Assembly (NCBI GenBank): GCA_019417325.1
Contig: DXVO01000026.1
Location: forward strand, 11,826 to 75,825
Direction of reading: 5' to 3'
DNA from: Parabacteroides sp.
GTDB taxonomy: Bacteria; Bacteroidota; Bacteroidia; Bacteroidales; Tannerellaceae
DNA: 64,000 nt
Made by a program: the position numbers and the translations under genes. The notes under the pieces were generated by a model. It saw nothing but the letters and a program-made list of their open reading frames with translations. It had not been told where the DNA came from and ran no database searches. The first letter of the stretch is position 1. Every line of letters starts with the position of its first letter. Positions 41,577-50,834 of the stretch are shown piece after piece.

Positions 41577-42704
41577 ATGGCTGGTTTATACATACATATA
41601 CCTTTTTGCGCCAAACGGTGTTTATACTGCGACTTCTTCTCGAATACGGAAATGAAGTATAAAAAACCGTATATAAATGCAATTATCAGGGAAATGGAAC
41701 TACGCCACGACTACATAAACGGAGAGCCATTAGAAACGATCTATTTCGGAGGAGGAACCCCATCCCAACTACAACCCTCTGATTTCAAACGTATTTTCGA
41801 TGCTATCGGACAACTATTCGACATCAATTCATGCAAGGAAATTACTCTCGAAGCTAATCCGGATGACATGACGCCCCAATATATAAAAGAACTTCGGACA
41901 CTACCATTCAACCGAATCAGTATGGGGGTACAAAGCTTCAAGGAAGAAGACCTCCGCTTCCTGAACCGTCGCCATACTAAAGAGCAGGCATTACGTGCCG
42001 TTGAACTTTGCAAAGAAAACGGACTACATAATATAAGTATCGACCTGATATACGGATTACCTGGCCAGACACTCGGTGAATGGGAATCTAATCTGGAAAA
42101 AGTCATCCACCTCGATATTCCCCATATATCCGCTTATCATCTGATTTATGAAGAAGGTACCGCCCTTTACAAACTGATGCAAGCAGGGAAAGTGCAGCAA
42201 GCTGACGAAGAGCTAAGCGTTTCTTTATTCTCCACATTAATAGATAAGCTGACAGAAGCTGGATACCAGCATTATGAAATATCCAATTTCGCACGCCCCA
42301 GCTATTTTTCTATGCACAACAGCTCTTACTGGACCGGTAAAAAGTATCTGGGACTGGGACCTTCCGCTCATTCTTTCAATGGGATGGAACGGGAATGGAA
42401 CATATCTTCCCTCCCCCTTTATCTGAAAGGTATTTCGGATGGGAAACCAGAAATTGAAAAGGAAGAACTGGATAAAAGAGCCCGCTATAATGACTTTATC
42501 ATCACCGGACTGCGTACGATGTGGGGCATCAAAACAGACGACATCCGGCATTTGTTTGGAGATAAGATGCTGGACTATTGCCTCAAACAGGCAAAGCCCT
42601 ACCAGGAACAAGGGTTATTGGAGCAAAAAGACAACATATTAACACTTTCACGGAAAGGTATTTTCATCTCCGATGGCATCATGAGCGACTTATTATACAT
42701 ATAA
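41577..42704 (+). CDS. hemW: Radical SAM heme chaperone HemW
   Basis: YIHIPFCAKRCLYCDF, GGGTPS, YEISNF and HNSSYW motifs. Confidence 0.92.
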   Translation: MAGLYIHIPFCAKRCLYCDFFSNTEMKYKKPYINAIIREMELRHDYINGEPLETIYFGGGTPSQLQPSDFKRIFDAIGQLFDINSCKEITLEANPDDMTPQYIKELRTLPFNRISMGVQSFKEEDLRFLNRRHTKEQALRAVELCKENGLHNISIDLIYGLPGQTLGEWESNLEKVIHLDIPHISAYHLIYEEGTALYKLMQAGKVQQADEELSVSLFSTLIDKLTEAGYQHYEISNFARPSYFSMHNSSYWTGKKYLGLGPSAHSFNGMEREWNISSLPLYLKGISDGKPEIEKEELDKRARYNDFIITGLRTMWGIKTDDIRHLFGDKMLDYCLKQAKPYQEQGLLEQKDNILTLSRKGIFISDGIMSDLLYI

Positions 42705-42865
42705 GATATTCGTCCGAATCGTTAATAATGAAGGCTAAAAGCTAATTTTTTAGCAAATAAGTAGTTAAAACACCTCAAAATTGCACATTTTCACGATTTT
42801 TGAGAAGAAAAATAACCAACATAAAAAACTATTCTCTATATTTGCCCCATCAAAAACAGCAAAAG

Positions 42866-43441
42866 GTGCCATATTTATACATAATATCAGGATGCAACGG
42901 GGCAGGAAAAACTACAGCTTCTTTCACTATTCTACCGGAAATGTTGAAATGTAAAGAATTTGTTAATTCCGACGAGATTGCCAAGGGGCTTTCCCCTTTT
43001 AATGCTGATAACATCGCGGTCGCCATAGAAGCAAGCCGAATTATGTATAAGCGCATTAAGGAACTCATCGCAGCCGGTGAGACCTTTGCAATGGAAACCA
43101 CGCTGGCCACTCGTTCAGTGGCGAATTTGATTAGAGAAGCACAAAGGGAAGGTTATTATGTTACATTGCTCTATTTCTGGCTGAATACGCCGGACCTGGC
43201 AGTGGAACGAGTTAAAATGAGAGTTGCAGCCGGAGGGCATAATATTCCGGAAAGTACTATCCGCCGTCGTTATGAAGCGGGTATACATAACCTCTTTGAA
43301 CTATATCTCCCCATTAGTGATTATTGGATGATTACGGACAACTCGATGTCTCCCATGGCTGTTATCGCCAAAGGATTCAAGAGTGACAAAAAAGAGATAT
43401 ATAATCTGGATATTTACTGTAAACTTGAACAACATGAGTGA
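42866..43441 (+). CDS. Zeta-toxin-like P-loop kinase
   Basis: Probable GTG start at 42866, after TATATTTG at 42837-42844; GCNGAGKTT, ETTLA and RVAAGGHNIP motifs. Confidence 0.85.
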   Translation: MPYLYIISGCNGAGKTTASFTILPEMLKCKEFVNSDEIAKGLSPFNADNIAVAIEASRIMYKRIKELIAAGETFAMETTLATRSVANLIREAQREGYYVTLLYFWLNTPDLAVERVKMRVAAGGHNIPESTIRRRYEAGIHNLFELYLPISDYWMITDNSMSPMAVIAKGFKSDKKEIYNLDIYCKLEQHE

Positions 43442-43604
43442 ACAAGAAATAAGAGAATTCGAAGAGAATATAGTTAAAGGTGCCAGTATTGCTTTTCAAC
43501 GTTTAGTAAACGAAAAAAAGAAAGAAAACGGTGAGTTGGTTTTTTCACGCAATGGAAATATTTTCCGTGTAAAAGCTGCTGACTTAGATAAAGGTTTATT
43601 CTAA
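43434..43604 (+). CDS. 56-aa protein overlapping the kinase stop (putative partner or antitoxin)
   Basis: ATG at 43434 overlaps the upstream gene end; MSEQEIREFEENIVKG... Confidence 0.7.
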   Translation: MSEQEIREFEENIVKGASIAFQRLVNEKKKENGELVFSRNGNIFRVKAADLDKGLF

Positions 43605-43620
43605 CTATAAAAAATATAAG

Positions 43621-43655
43621 AAAAGGCGGATGATCCACGGATTGTCCGCCTTTTT
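43621..43655 (+). terminator. Terminator after the kinase/partner pair
   Basis: GGCGGATGATC-CACG-GATTGTCCGCC-T5. Confidence 0.85.
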
Positions 43656-43673
43656 GTATTTCAAACAATCCTC

Positions 43674-45938
43674 ATGTCAGAACAAAACTACATTCACATC
43701 ACCGGTGCCCACGAGAACAACCTAAAGCATATCTCCCTGAAAATACCTAAAAAGCAGATTTCCATATTCACCGGAGTATCCGGTTCCGGGAAATCTTCTT
43801 TGGTATTAGATACGATAGCAGCCAGTTCACGGCGCGAACTCAATGAAACATTTCCCAGTTTCGTACAACAATACTTGCCCAAGTACGGACGTCCGCACGT
43901 AGATAAGATAGAGCATCTGCCGGTAGCCATTGTAATAGACCAACGCAAGCCTGCACCGAATGCACGCTCTACGGTTGGGACTTACACGGATATTTACTCA
44001 CTGCTGCGCTTGCTGTTTTCGCGGGTGGGAAAACCGTTTGTCGGTTACTCGGATACGTTCTCATTCAACCATCCGCAGGGACGGTGTACACGGTGCGACG
44101 GATTAGGAGAAGTCCGGGAGCTGGATGTCCACAAGTTGGTCGACTTCAACAAATCACTGAACGAAGAAGACGTTATCCATTACGTTGCTTTCCAGCCCGG
44201 GGAATGGAGATGGATACGGTATGCCAACAGTGGCCTGTTCGACCTGGACAAGAAAATCAAGGATTACAGCAAAGAGGAACTGGAGCTATTCCTTTATTCC
44301 CCGCAAATCCGTTTAAAGAACCCGCCTGCCGGATGGCCCAAAACAGCCAAATACGAAGGACTGGTAACACGCATGTACCGAAGCATCATCAACTCCGAAG
44401 AAGGCAAACTGCATCAAAAGCTGCTGGAACCCATGGTTACAATGGGCACTTGCCCGGATTGCAACGGCGCACGGCTCAACCCCACCGTACTCTCCTGCCG
44501 TATCGGAGGCAAAAACATAGCAGAGGTAACCCGGATGTCTATCCCCGATATCCTGCAATGGCTGGAAAACATCCACGACCCACTCTCTGCAGACCTGAAA
44601 CAGGCAATCGCCGGACGCCTGTCTGCCTTGGAAGAAATAGGGCTGGGCTATCTGACGCTCGAACGCAATATGGGAACCCTCTCCGGCGGAGAAGCCCAAC
44701 GCTGCAAAATAGCCAAATACATCAACTCCTCCCTATCGGATATGCTGTATGTACTGGACGAACCCAGCGTAGGACTGCACAGCCACGACATACACCTGCT
44801 GAAAGCCTCCGTCCGCAAACTGCGCGACCACGGCAATACCGTCCTGCTGGTAGAGCATCACAAAGAAATGATACAAATAGCCGACCACATCGTAGATATG
44901 GGCCCCGGCTCGGGAATGGACGGCGGACAAGTCCTGTATGAAGGCACCTACGCCGGACTCCTAAAAAGCCAAACACTGACAGGACAGATGATAGCCGAGA
45001 AATCCCCGCTAAAAAAGTCAGTCCGCCCCCCTTCCAGTTGGTACACATTGGAACATGCCGGCGAACACAACCTGAAAGACCTCACCGTCCGCTTCCCCTT
45101 AGGCATCCTCACCGTTATTGCAGGGGTAGCCGGTTCCGGTAAAAGCTCATTGATGGAATGTTTCCGGAATACGTATCCGGAAGAAGTAATCTATATCAGC
45201 CAGAAGAATATAGGCATCAGCCTACGTTCCACCCCGGCTACCTATCTGGGCGTTGCCGACGACATACGCAAGTTGTTTGCCAAACAGAATAAAGCAAGCC
45301 TCAACCTGTTCAGCTTCAACGGCAAAGGGGGATGCCCCGTCTGTGGCGGGAAAGGGGTTATCGTATCCGACATGGCTTTTATGGATGCCATCGAAACGGT
45401 ATGCGAGGCTTGCGGCGGACTCAGATACTCCCCGGAAGCCTTGCAATACACGGTAGAAGGATTGAACATTGCAGAAGTCATGGACCTGACCGTCCGGAAA
45501 GCCTCCCTTCGTTTTGCCGGTACGGTTATCGAAGAAAAGCTACGTCCCCTTATGCTGGTAGGACTCGGCTACCTGCATCTGAACCAGGCGCTTTCAACCC
45601 TTTCGGGCGGAGAGTTGCAACGGGTAAAACTGGCCTCTTACCTCAACAACAAGGGCAGCCTGTTTATTCTGGACGAGCCGACAGACGGATTGCATGTAAA
45701 AGACATCCACCACATCATCAACCTGTTCGACTCTATGGTGGAGCAGGGAAATACCATTTTCCTGATTGAGCATAACCTCGACGTCTTGAAAGCAGCCGAC
45801 TACGTCATCGAACTGGGTCCCGGAGGAGGCGAAAGAGGCGGGCAACTGCTATTCGCTGGCACGCCATCCGATATGCTGGATTGCAAGAAATCAGTCACAG
45901 CAAGCTATCTGAAACAGGAATTACCCCCGCTTCGATAG
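43674..45938 (+). CDS. UvrA-like ABC ATPase, short class II/DrrC-type
   Basis: Two Walker A motifs (GVSGSGKS, GVAGSGKS), two LSGGE motifs, CxxC pairs; only 754 aa. Confidence 0.88.
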   Translation: MSEQNYIHITGAHENNLKHISLKIPKKQISIFTGVSGSGKSSLVLDTIAASSRRELNETFPSFVQQYLPKYGRPHVDKIEHLPVAIVIDQRKPAPNARSTVGTYTDIYSLLRLLFSRVGKPFVGYSDTFSFNHPQGRCTRCDGLGEVRELDVHKLVDFNKSLNEEDVIHYVAFQPGEWRWIRYANSGLFDLDKKIKDYSKEELELFLYSPQIRLKNPPAGWPKTAKYEGLVTRMYRSIINSEEGKLHQKLLEPMVTMGTCPDCNGARLNPTVLSCRIGGKNIAEVTRMSIPDILQWLENIHDPLSADLKQAIAGRLSALEEIGLGYLTLERNMGTLSGGEAQRCKIAKYINSSLSDMLYVLDEPSVGLHSHDIHLLKASVRKLRDHGNTVLLVEHHKEMIQIADHIVDMGPGSGMDGGQVLYEGTYAGLLKSQTLTGQMIAEKSPLKKSVRPPSSWYTLEHAGEHNLKDLTVRFPLGILTVIAGVAGSGKSSLMECFRNTYPEEVIYISQKNIGISLRSTPATYLGVADDIRKLFAKQNKASLNLFSFNGKGGCPVCGGKGVIVSDMAFMDAIETVCEACGGLRYSPEALQYTVEGLNIAEVMDLTVRKASLRFAGTVIEEKLRPLMLVGLGYLHLNQALSTLSGGELQRVKLASYLNNKGSLFILDEPTDGLHVKDIHHIINLFDSMVEQGNTIFLIEHNLDVLKAADYVIELGPGGGERGGQLLFAGTPSDMLDCKKSVTASYLKQELPPLR

Positions 45939-45996
45939 CAGTTATACCAAATATCTTACTACATTTAACGCCAGATGTGAATAAAAAACGAACAAG

Positions 45997-47835
45997 ATGA
46001 ACCGAAATCTATATCTAAGCATACTCTTAGCTTTATTCTCCAAAAGCTCCGCAACAGCAGAGACTATACAGATTGAGCCTGCTTTCTGGTGGAGTGGAAT
46101 GAAGAACCCGGAATTGCAACTGATGGTTTACGGGACGAACATCTCCGGCTACAGTCCGGAGATTGACTATCCGGGTATTCGCATTACCCGTACCGTAACT
46201 TTGGACAATCCGAACTACCTCCTGCTCTACCTCGACCTTGCCGGGGCTAAACCGGGCAACTTCAATATCACTTTCAGGAAAGGGGAAGTTTCTATTTCCT
46301 ACCCCTATGAACTGAAAAAACGCAAAAAGAACGCTTCCGCCGTAAAAGGCTTCGATTCATCGGACGTTATCTACCTGATTATGCCCGACCGCTTCGCCAA
46401 AGGAAATCCGGGAAATAATGTCATCCCCATGCGGATGCCCTATAAAGTAGACCGGGAAGACCCGGGAGCACGCCACGGGGGCGACCTGGCAGGTATAGAA
46501 AACCATTTGGATTATATCGAGGACTTAGGCGTTACCACCCTTTGGCTCACTCCTGTCCTGGAGAACGATATGGAAGGCCATTCCTATCACGGATATGCCA
46601 TCACCGACTTCTACAAGGTGGACGCCCGCTTCGGAACGAACGATGACTATCTCCATCTGATAAAGAAAGCCCACCGGAAAGGATTGCGGGTAATCATGGA
46701 TATGGTGTTCAACCATTGCGGCAGTTCGCATCCCTGGGTACAGGAAATCCCCTGTCACGACTGGTTCAATAATCCGGGCCACTTCGTTCAGACGAACCAC
46801 GACAAGGAAGTCTTCTTCGACCCCTACGCCTCGAAGTACGACCTCGATACAATGACCGACGGCTGGTTTGTACAGTCCATGCCCGACCTGAACCAGAAAA
46901 ATCCGCACGTTGCCCGTTACCTCATCCAGAACTCTATCTGGTGGATTGAATATGCGGGCATCAACGGCATCCGGCAAGATACCTATCCCTATGCCGACGT
47001 GGATATGATGCGGGAATGGTGCATGGAAGTAATGAACGAATACCCCGACTTCAATATCGTAGGGGAAGCATGGATGAACCACACCATCGGCTCCGCCTTC
47101 TGGCAAAGAGGCAGCCGGTTGAATAAAGGGAAAAACACCCACCTCAAATCGGTCATGGATTTCCGCCTGCTGAATATTGCCGGCAAAGCGTTCCACGAAG
47201 AAACGACCTGGGCCGGCGGGCTGCATACCTTGTTCGAGCATTTATGCTACGACTTCGTATATCCGGATATCTACAACGTATTACGTTTCTTCGAGAACCA
47301 CGATACGGACCGCTTCCTGCCGGGCATGCCGGAGAATCTGGATGCCTTCAAGCAAGCCATCACCTTCCTGCTGACCATTCCGGGCATCCCCCAGCTTTAC
47401 TACGGGCAAGAATTACTGATGAACGGAAGCAAAGAAAACGGCGACGGGTACATCCGCCGCGACTTCCCCGGTGGCTGGGCTGAAGACGAAAAGAACCAGT
47501 TTGAAGCCTCCGGACGCACCGACATACAGAATGAAGCATGGAACTTTATGCAGAAGCTGTTGAAATGGCGGAAAGGGAATGACATCATAGCCAAAGGCAA
47601 AATGAAGCACTTCATGGTAAACCAGAGTGTATATGTATACGAACGCCGCTTCAACAGGAAAAGCATAGTGATTATGATGAACGGAAGCAGCCGGGAAGTC
47701 AGCCTCCCGTTAGACCGCTATGCGGAAATCCTGCACAGGAAGAAGAAAGGCAGGGATATTATCACAGGAAAGACGGTTCATCTGACACAGCCCGTCGAAC
47801 TCCTGCCGAAAGACATCCTGATACTCGAACTGTAA
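45997..47835 (+). CDS. GH13 neopullulanase/cyclomaltodextrinase (SusA-like), exported
   Basis: IEPAFWWSGM, MPDRFA, GIRQDT, VGE and ENHD motifs. Confidence 0.9.
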   Translation: MNRNLYLSILLALFSKSSATAETIQIEPAFWWSGMKNPELQLMVYGTNISGYSPEIDYPGIRITRTVTLDNPNYLLLYLDLAGAKPGNFNITFRKGEVSISYPYELKKRKKNASAVKGFDSSDVIYLIMPDRFAKGNPGNNVIPMRMPYKVDREDPGARHGGDLAGIENHLDYIEDLGVTTLWLTPVLENDMEGHSYHGYAITDFYKVDARFGTNDDYLHLIKKAHRKGLRVIMDMVFNHCGSSHPWVQEIPCHDWFNNPGHFVQTNHDKEVFFDPYASKYDLDTMTDGWFVQSMPDLNQKNPHVARYLIQNSIWWIEYAGINGIRQDTYPYADVDMMREWCMEVMNEYPDFNIVGEAWMNHTIGSAFWQRGSRLNKGKNTHLKSVMDFRLLNIAGKAFHEETTWAGGLHTLFEHLCYDFVYPDIYNVLRFFENHDTDRFLPGMPENLDAFKQAITFLLTIPGIPQLYYGQELLMNGSKENGDGYIRRDFPGGWAEDEKNQFEASGRTDIQNEAWNFMQKLLKWRKGNDIIAKGKMKHFMVNQSVYVYERRFNRKSIVIMMNGSSREVSLPLDRYAEILHRKKKGRDIITGKTVHLTQPVELLPKDILILEL

Positions 47836-47880
47836 AAGCCGTCAAGCCGCATACAGAAAACAACAGGCGAGTTTCATCAC

Positions 47881-47986
47881 ATTACTGAACGCAGACAACG
47901 CAGAATACGCAGATTTACGCAGACTAATTTATTTTAATTATTATCTGCGTTTGTCTGCGTATTCTGCGTCGTCTGCGTTCGGTAAT
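47881..47986. repeat. 43-bp inverted repeat (38/43) of ACGCAGA units spaced 9,9,10
   Basis: Arms at 47881-47923 and 47944-47986, between convergent GH13 and sufD. Confidence 0.92.
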
Positions 47987-48004
47987 ATCTTTTGCTTAGG
48001 ATAC

Positions 48005-49348
48005 TTACTTACAAATCCGGCATCCGGCACAGCGTGCCAACTCGCCACGGAAACGCTTCTCCACCAATTTGTGCAGGCGGTCTTTCAACGCATCCATCCG
48101 CACATAATCGATTACATCGGAAGTAAAGGCAACACTCAGCAACATACGTGCCTCGTCGCGGGGAATACCACGGCTCTGCATATAGAACAGGGCATTTTCG
48201 TCCAACTGTCCTGTAGTCATGCCATGCGAGCATTTCACATCATCGGCATAGATTTCCAACTGGGGCTTGCTGTACATGCGGGCTTCGCGGGTTGCACAGA
48301 GGTTGCGGTTGGTCTGGTAAGCAGCCGTTTTCTGTGCGCCTTCCTTCACCAGGATACGTCCGCTGAATGCACCTACGGCCTGGTCGTCGAGGACATTCTT
48401 AAACAGTTCGTTGCTGGTACAGTAGGGTGCGGCATGGGTGATATGGCTATAGCTGTCAACCTGCTGTTCCTTATCGAGGATAGACATCCCGCAGAGGGTC
48501 GCTTCCGCCTGTTCGCCGTTCAGTTCGACATAATAGTTGTTGCGGGTAAGCCCGTTGTTTAGGGTGATACCGTTTACCAGCACATTACTGCCTGCCTCCT
48601 GTTTCACATGGACGGAAGAGAAACGGGTGGTAGAATCGCTGCTTTCCTCCAAGTCGTAATAATCGAAGTAGGCGCCTTCGCCGGCAAACACTTCCACCAC
48701 CTGGGTGGCAAGGAACTTCACATCGTCTATGCTATGGTCGCAAACCAGCAGCTTGGCATTGGACTGTGCTTCCATGATGACAAGGATGCGGCGGTTTGCC
48801 ATCGTATCCACATCGCTGCGGAAAATATTGACCAACTGAACCGGACGCTCCACCACAACGCCTTTCGGCACATAGAGCACGAAGCCGTCCTGTGCCAGCA
48901 TCGTATTCAGGGCGATAATGCCATCATGTTTCGAAGAGGCCGCCTTGGCATAATAGCGGGCGGCTATCTCGGGATACTGCTCGGCAAAAGCGTTCAACCC
49001 GCCGGCATACACGCCTTCGGGAAGATGGGCTTTCGGCAACATCTTGTCATAGAACGTATCGTTCACCACAAAATAGAGCGAAGTACTGAGGTTCGGTACG
49101 TCACAGCGGAACACATCGTAAGGATTCACCGGAATGGATAGGCGGTTAATATTCAAACCGTAGTCCGGCGCAAACGACTGTGCCACATCGGTATACTTAT
49201 AATCTTCACTCTTCACCGAAGGGAATCCCACCCGCTCAAAGTCGGCAAAAGCCTCTGCCCTCGGAGCATTCATCACCCCCGCAGCATGGCGGCAAATCAA
49301 GTCCTCACACTGCGCAAAGAGATCGATATATTGTTGTTCTGCTTTCAT
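48005..49348 (-). CDS. sufD: Fe-S assembly protein SufD
   Basis: EDYKYT, KPQLEIYADDVKCSHG and FYMQSRGI motifs. Confidence 0.96.
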   Translation of the reverse strand: MKAEQQYIDLFAQCEDLICRHAAGVMNAPRAEAFADFERVGFPSVKSEDYKYTDVAQSFAPDYGLNINRLSIPVNPYDVFRCDVPNLSTSLYFVVNDTFYDKMLPKAHLPEGVYAGGLNAFAEQYPEIAARYYAKAASSKHDGIIALNTMLAQDGFVLYVPKGVVVERPVQLVNIFRSDVDTMANRRILVIMEAQSNAKLLVCDHSIDDVKFLATQVVEVFAGEGAYFDYYDLEESSDSTTRFSSVHVKQEAGSNVLVNGITLNNGLTRNNYYVELNGEQAEATLCGMSILDKEQQVDSYSHITHAAPYCTSNELFKNVLDDQAVGAFSGRILVKEGAQKTAAYQTNRNLCATREARMYSKPQLEIYADDVKCSHGMTTGQLDENALFYMQSRGIPRDEARMLLSVAFTSDVIDYVRMDALKDRLHKLVEKRFRGELARCAGCRICK

Positions 49349-49370
49349 ATGCTATTTAATTTTATCTGTA

Positions 49371-49897
49371 ATGAAGAACCAGGTTCGCGGATAACGCGGA
49401 TCGAGCGGATGTTAACGAATTACTCTTTTTTAATATCATGTCTTTCTTTATATCTGTCATGCAAGTTATTGGCAAAGACTTTCCACCTGAATTCAGGGCG
49501 TGCGCCAAAGTTCAATAGCAGCCCCACTTCCATATGGGTGGCTTTCAGATAATTCTGTAACTGTATCTCATGTGCTTCCGTAAGCGTACTTGATGCCTTC
49601 AATTCCAGTATGACCTCGTTTTCTACTACCATATCCGCCACATATTTACCTACAACTTCGCCTTTGTAATACACTTCTATCACTTTCAGGGGCTCACATT
49701 TCAACCCCATACTACTAAGTTCCTTGTAAAGAGCATTCTGATACACATTCTCCAGAAAGCCAAACCCAAGCTCATTGTACACAGCATAAAATGCCGATAA
49801 TACTTGATCTGTTATTTCCTTACAAAGCAGTTTCATAAACACTAATAATCCGTTAAAATCCGCCCGATCCGCGTCATCCGCGCACCTGGTTCTTCAT
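49371..49897. mobile_element. Inverted-repeat-bounded GxxExxY cassette inside the suf operon (mobility inferred)
   Basis: 52-bp arms at 49371-49422 and 49846-49897, 47/52 identical; enclosed gene is visibly more AT-rich than sufC/sufD. Confidence 0.7.
49420..49836 (-). CDS. GxxExxY protein (PD-(D/E)XK nuclease fold)
   Basis: GFLENVY, ADMVVENEVILELKA, QLQNYL and GLLLNFG motifs; ATG at 49836. Confidence 0.92.
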   Translation of the reverse strand: MKLLCKEITDQVLSAFYAVYNELGFGFLENVYQNALYKELSSMGLKCEPLKVIEVYYKGEVVGKYVADMVVENEVILELKASSTLTEAHEIQLQNYLKATHMEVGLLLNFGARPEFRWKVFANNLHDRYKERHDIKKE

Positions 49898-49910
49898 ACA
49901 ACTTTATTTC

Positions 49911-50663
49911 TTAATCCCCCATCTCCTTCTTAATCCAGTCGTAGCCCTTTTCTTCGAGTTCGAGGGCGAGTTCCGGGCCGGCGGTTTTTACGATGCGGCC
50001 TTTGTAGAGGACGTGCACTACATCCGGTTTGATGTAATCCAGCAGACGCTGGTAGTGGGTGATGACGATGGCTGCATTCTCCGGCGTGCGCAGTTGGTTT
50101 ACACCGTTGGCTACGATGCGGAGGGCGTCGATGTCCAGTCCGCTGTCCGTTTCATCCAGGATAGCCAGTTTCGGTTCGAGCATCGCCATCTGGAAAATCT
50201 CGTTGCGTTTCTTTTCTCCACCGGAGAAGCCTTCGTTTACGCTGCGGCTTGCCAGCTTGTTGTCCAGTTCGACGATGGCCCGCTTTTCGCGCATCAGTTT
50301 CAGGAAGTCGGTAGCCGATACAGGCTCCAGACCGTTATATTTGCGATGTTCGTTCAAAGCGGCACGCATGAAGTTCACCATGCTGACCCCCGGAATCTCC
50401 ACCGGATACTGGAAACTCAGGAAGATACCTTCGCGGCTGCGGTCTTCCGGTTCGAGTTCCAGCAGGTTTTTGCCGTTGAAAATAACTTCACCTTCCGTCA
50501 CTTCGAAAGCCGGATTACCTACCAGCACGCTGCTCAGCGTACTTTTTCCGGAACCGTTCGGTCCCATGATGGCATGTACCTCGCCCGCCTTCACGGAAAG
50601 GTCGATGCCTTTCAATATCTCTTTGCCATTCACGTTGGCATGTAAGTTCTTTATCTCTAACAT
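49911..50663 (-). CDS. sufC: Fe-S assembly ATPase SufC
   Basis: [19 protein letters not shown] and LDETDSGLD motifs. Confidence 0.97.
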   Translation of the reverse strand: MLEIKNLHANVNGKEILKGIDLSVKAGEVHAIMGPNGSGKSTLSSVLVGNPAFEVTEGEVIFNGKNLLELEPEDRSREGIFLSFQYPVEIPGVSMVNFMRAALNEHRKYNGLEPVSATDFLKLMREKRAIVELDNKLASRSVNEGFSGGEKKRNEIFQMAMLEPKLAILDETDSGLDIDALRIVANGVNQLRTPENAAIVITHYQRLLDYIKPDVVHVLYKGRIVKTAGPELALELEEKGYDWIKKEMGD

Positions 50664-50748
50664 CTCTATTGTTATTGCTTGTTATACTTCTCGTTACTCT
50701 TAACCTCCTCCGGGAAGGGGAATGCCCCTCAACCGGTAAGCTCGCACT

Positions 50749-50817
50749 ATACCTCACCGAGGTGAGGTATCATACATCATGCCGATGAGGTATCGTACAT
50801 CAGGCGGGAGAGGCACT
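50749..50817. repeat. Three 23-bp hairpin units between sufB and sufC
   Basis: ATACCTCAC-CGAG-GTGAGGTATC, ATACATCAT-GCCG-ATGAGGTATC, and a degenerate third unit. Confidence 0.8.
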
Positions 50818-50834
50818 GCGTCCCCTTGCCTGTG

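Noticed and set aside
44084..44941. 285-aa alternative-frame ORF
   Set aside because: Arg/Pro-rich off-frame product inside the UvrA-like gene
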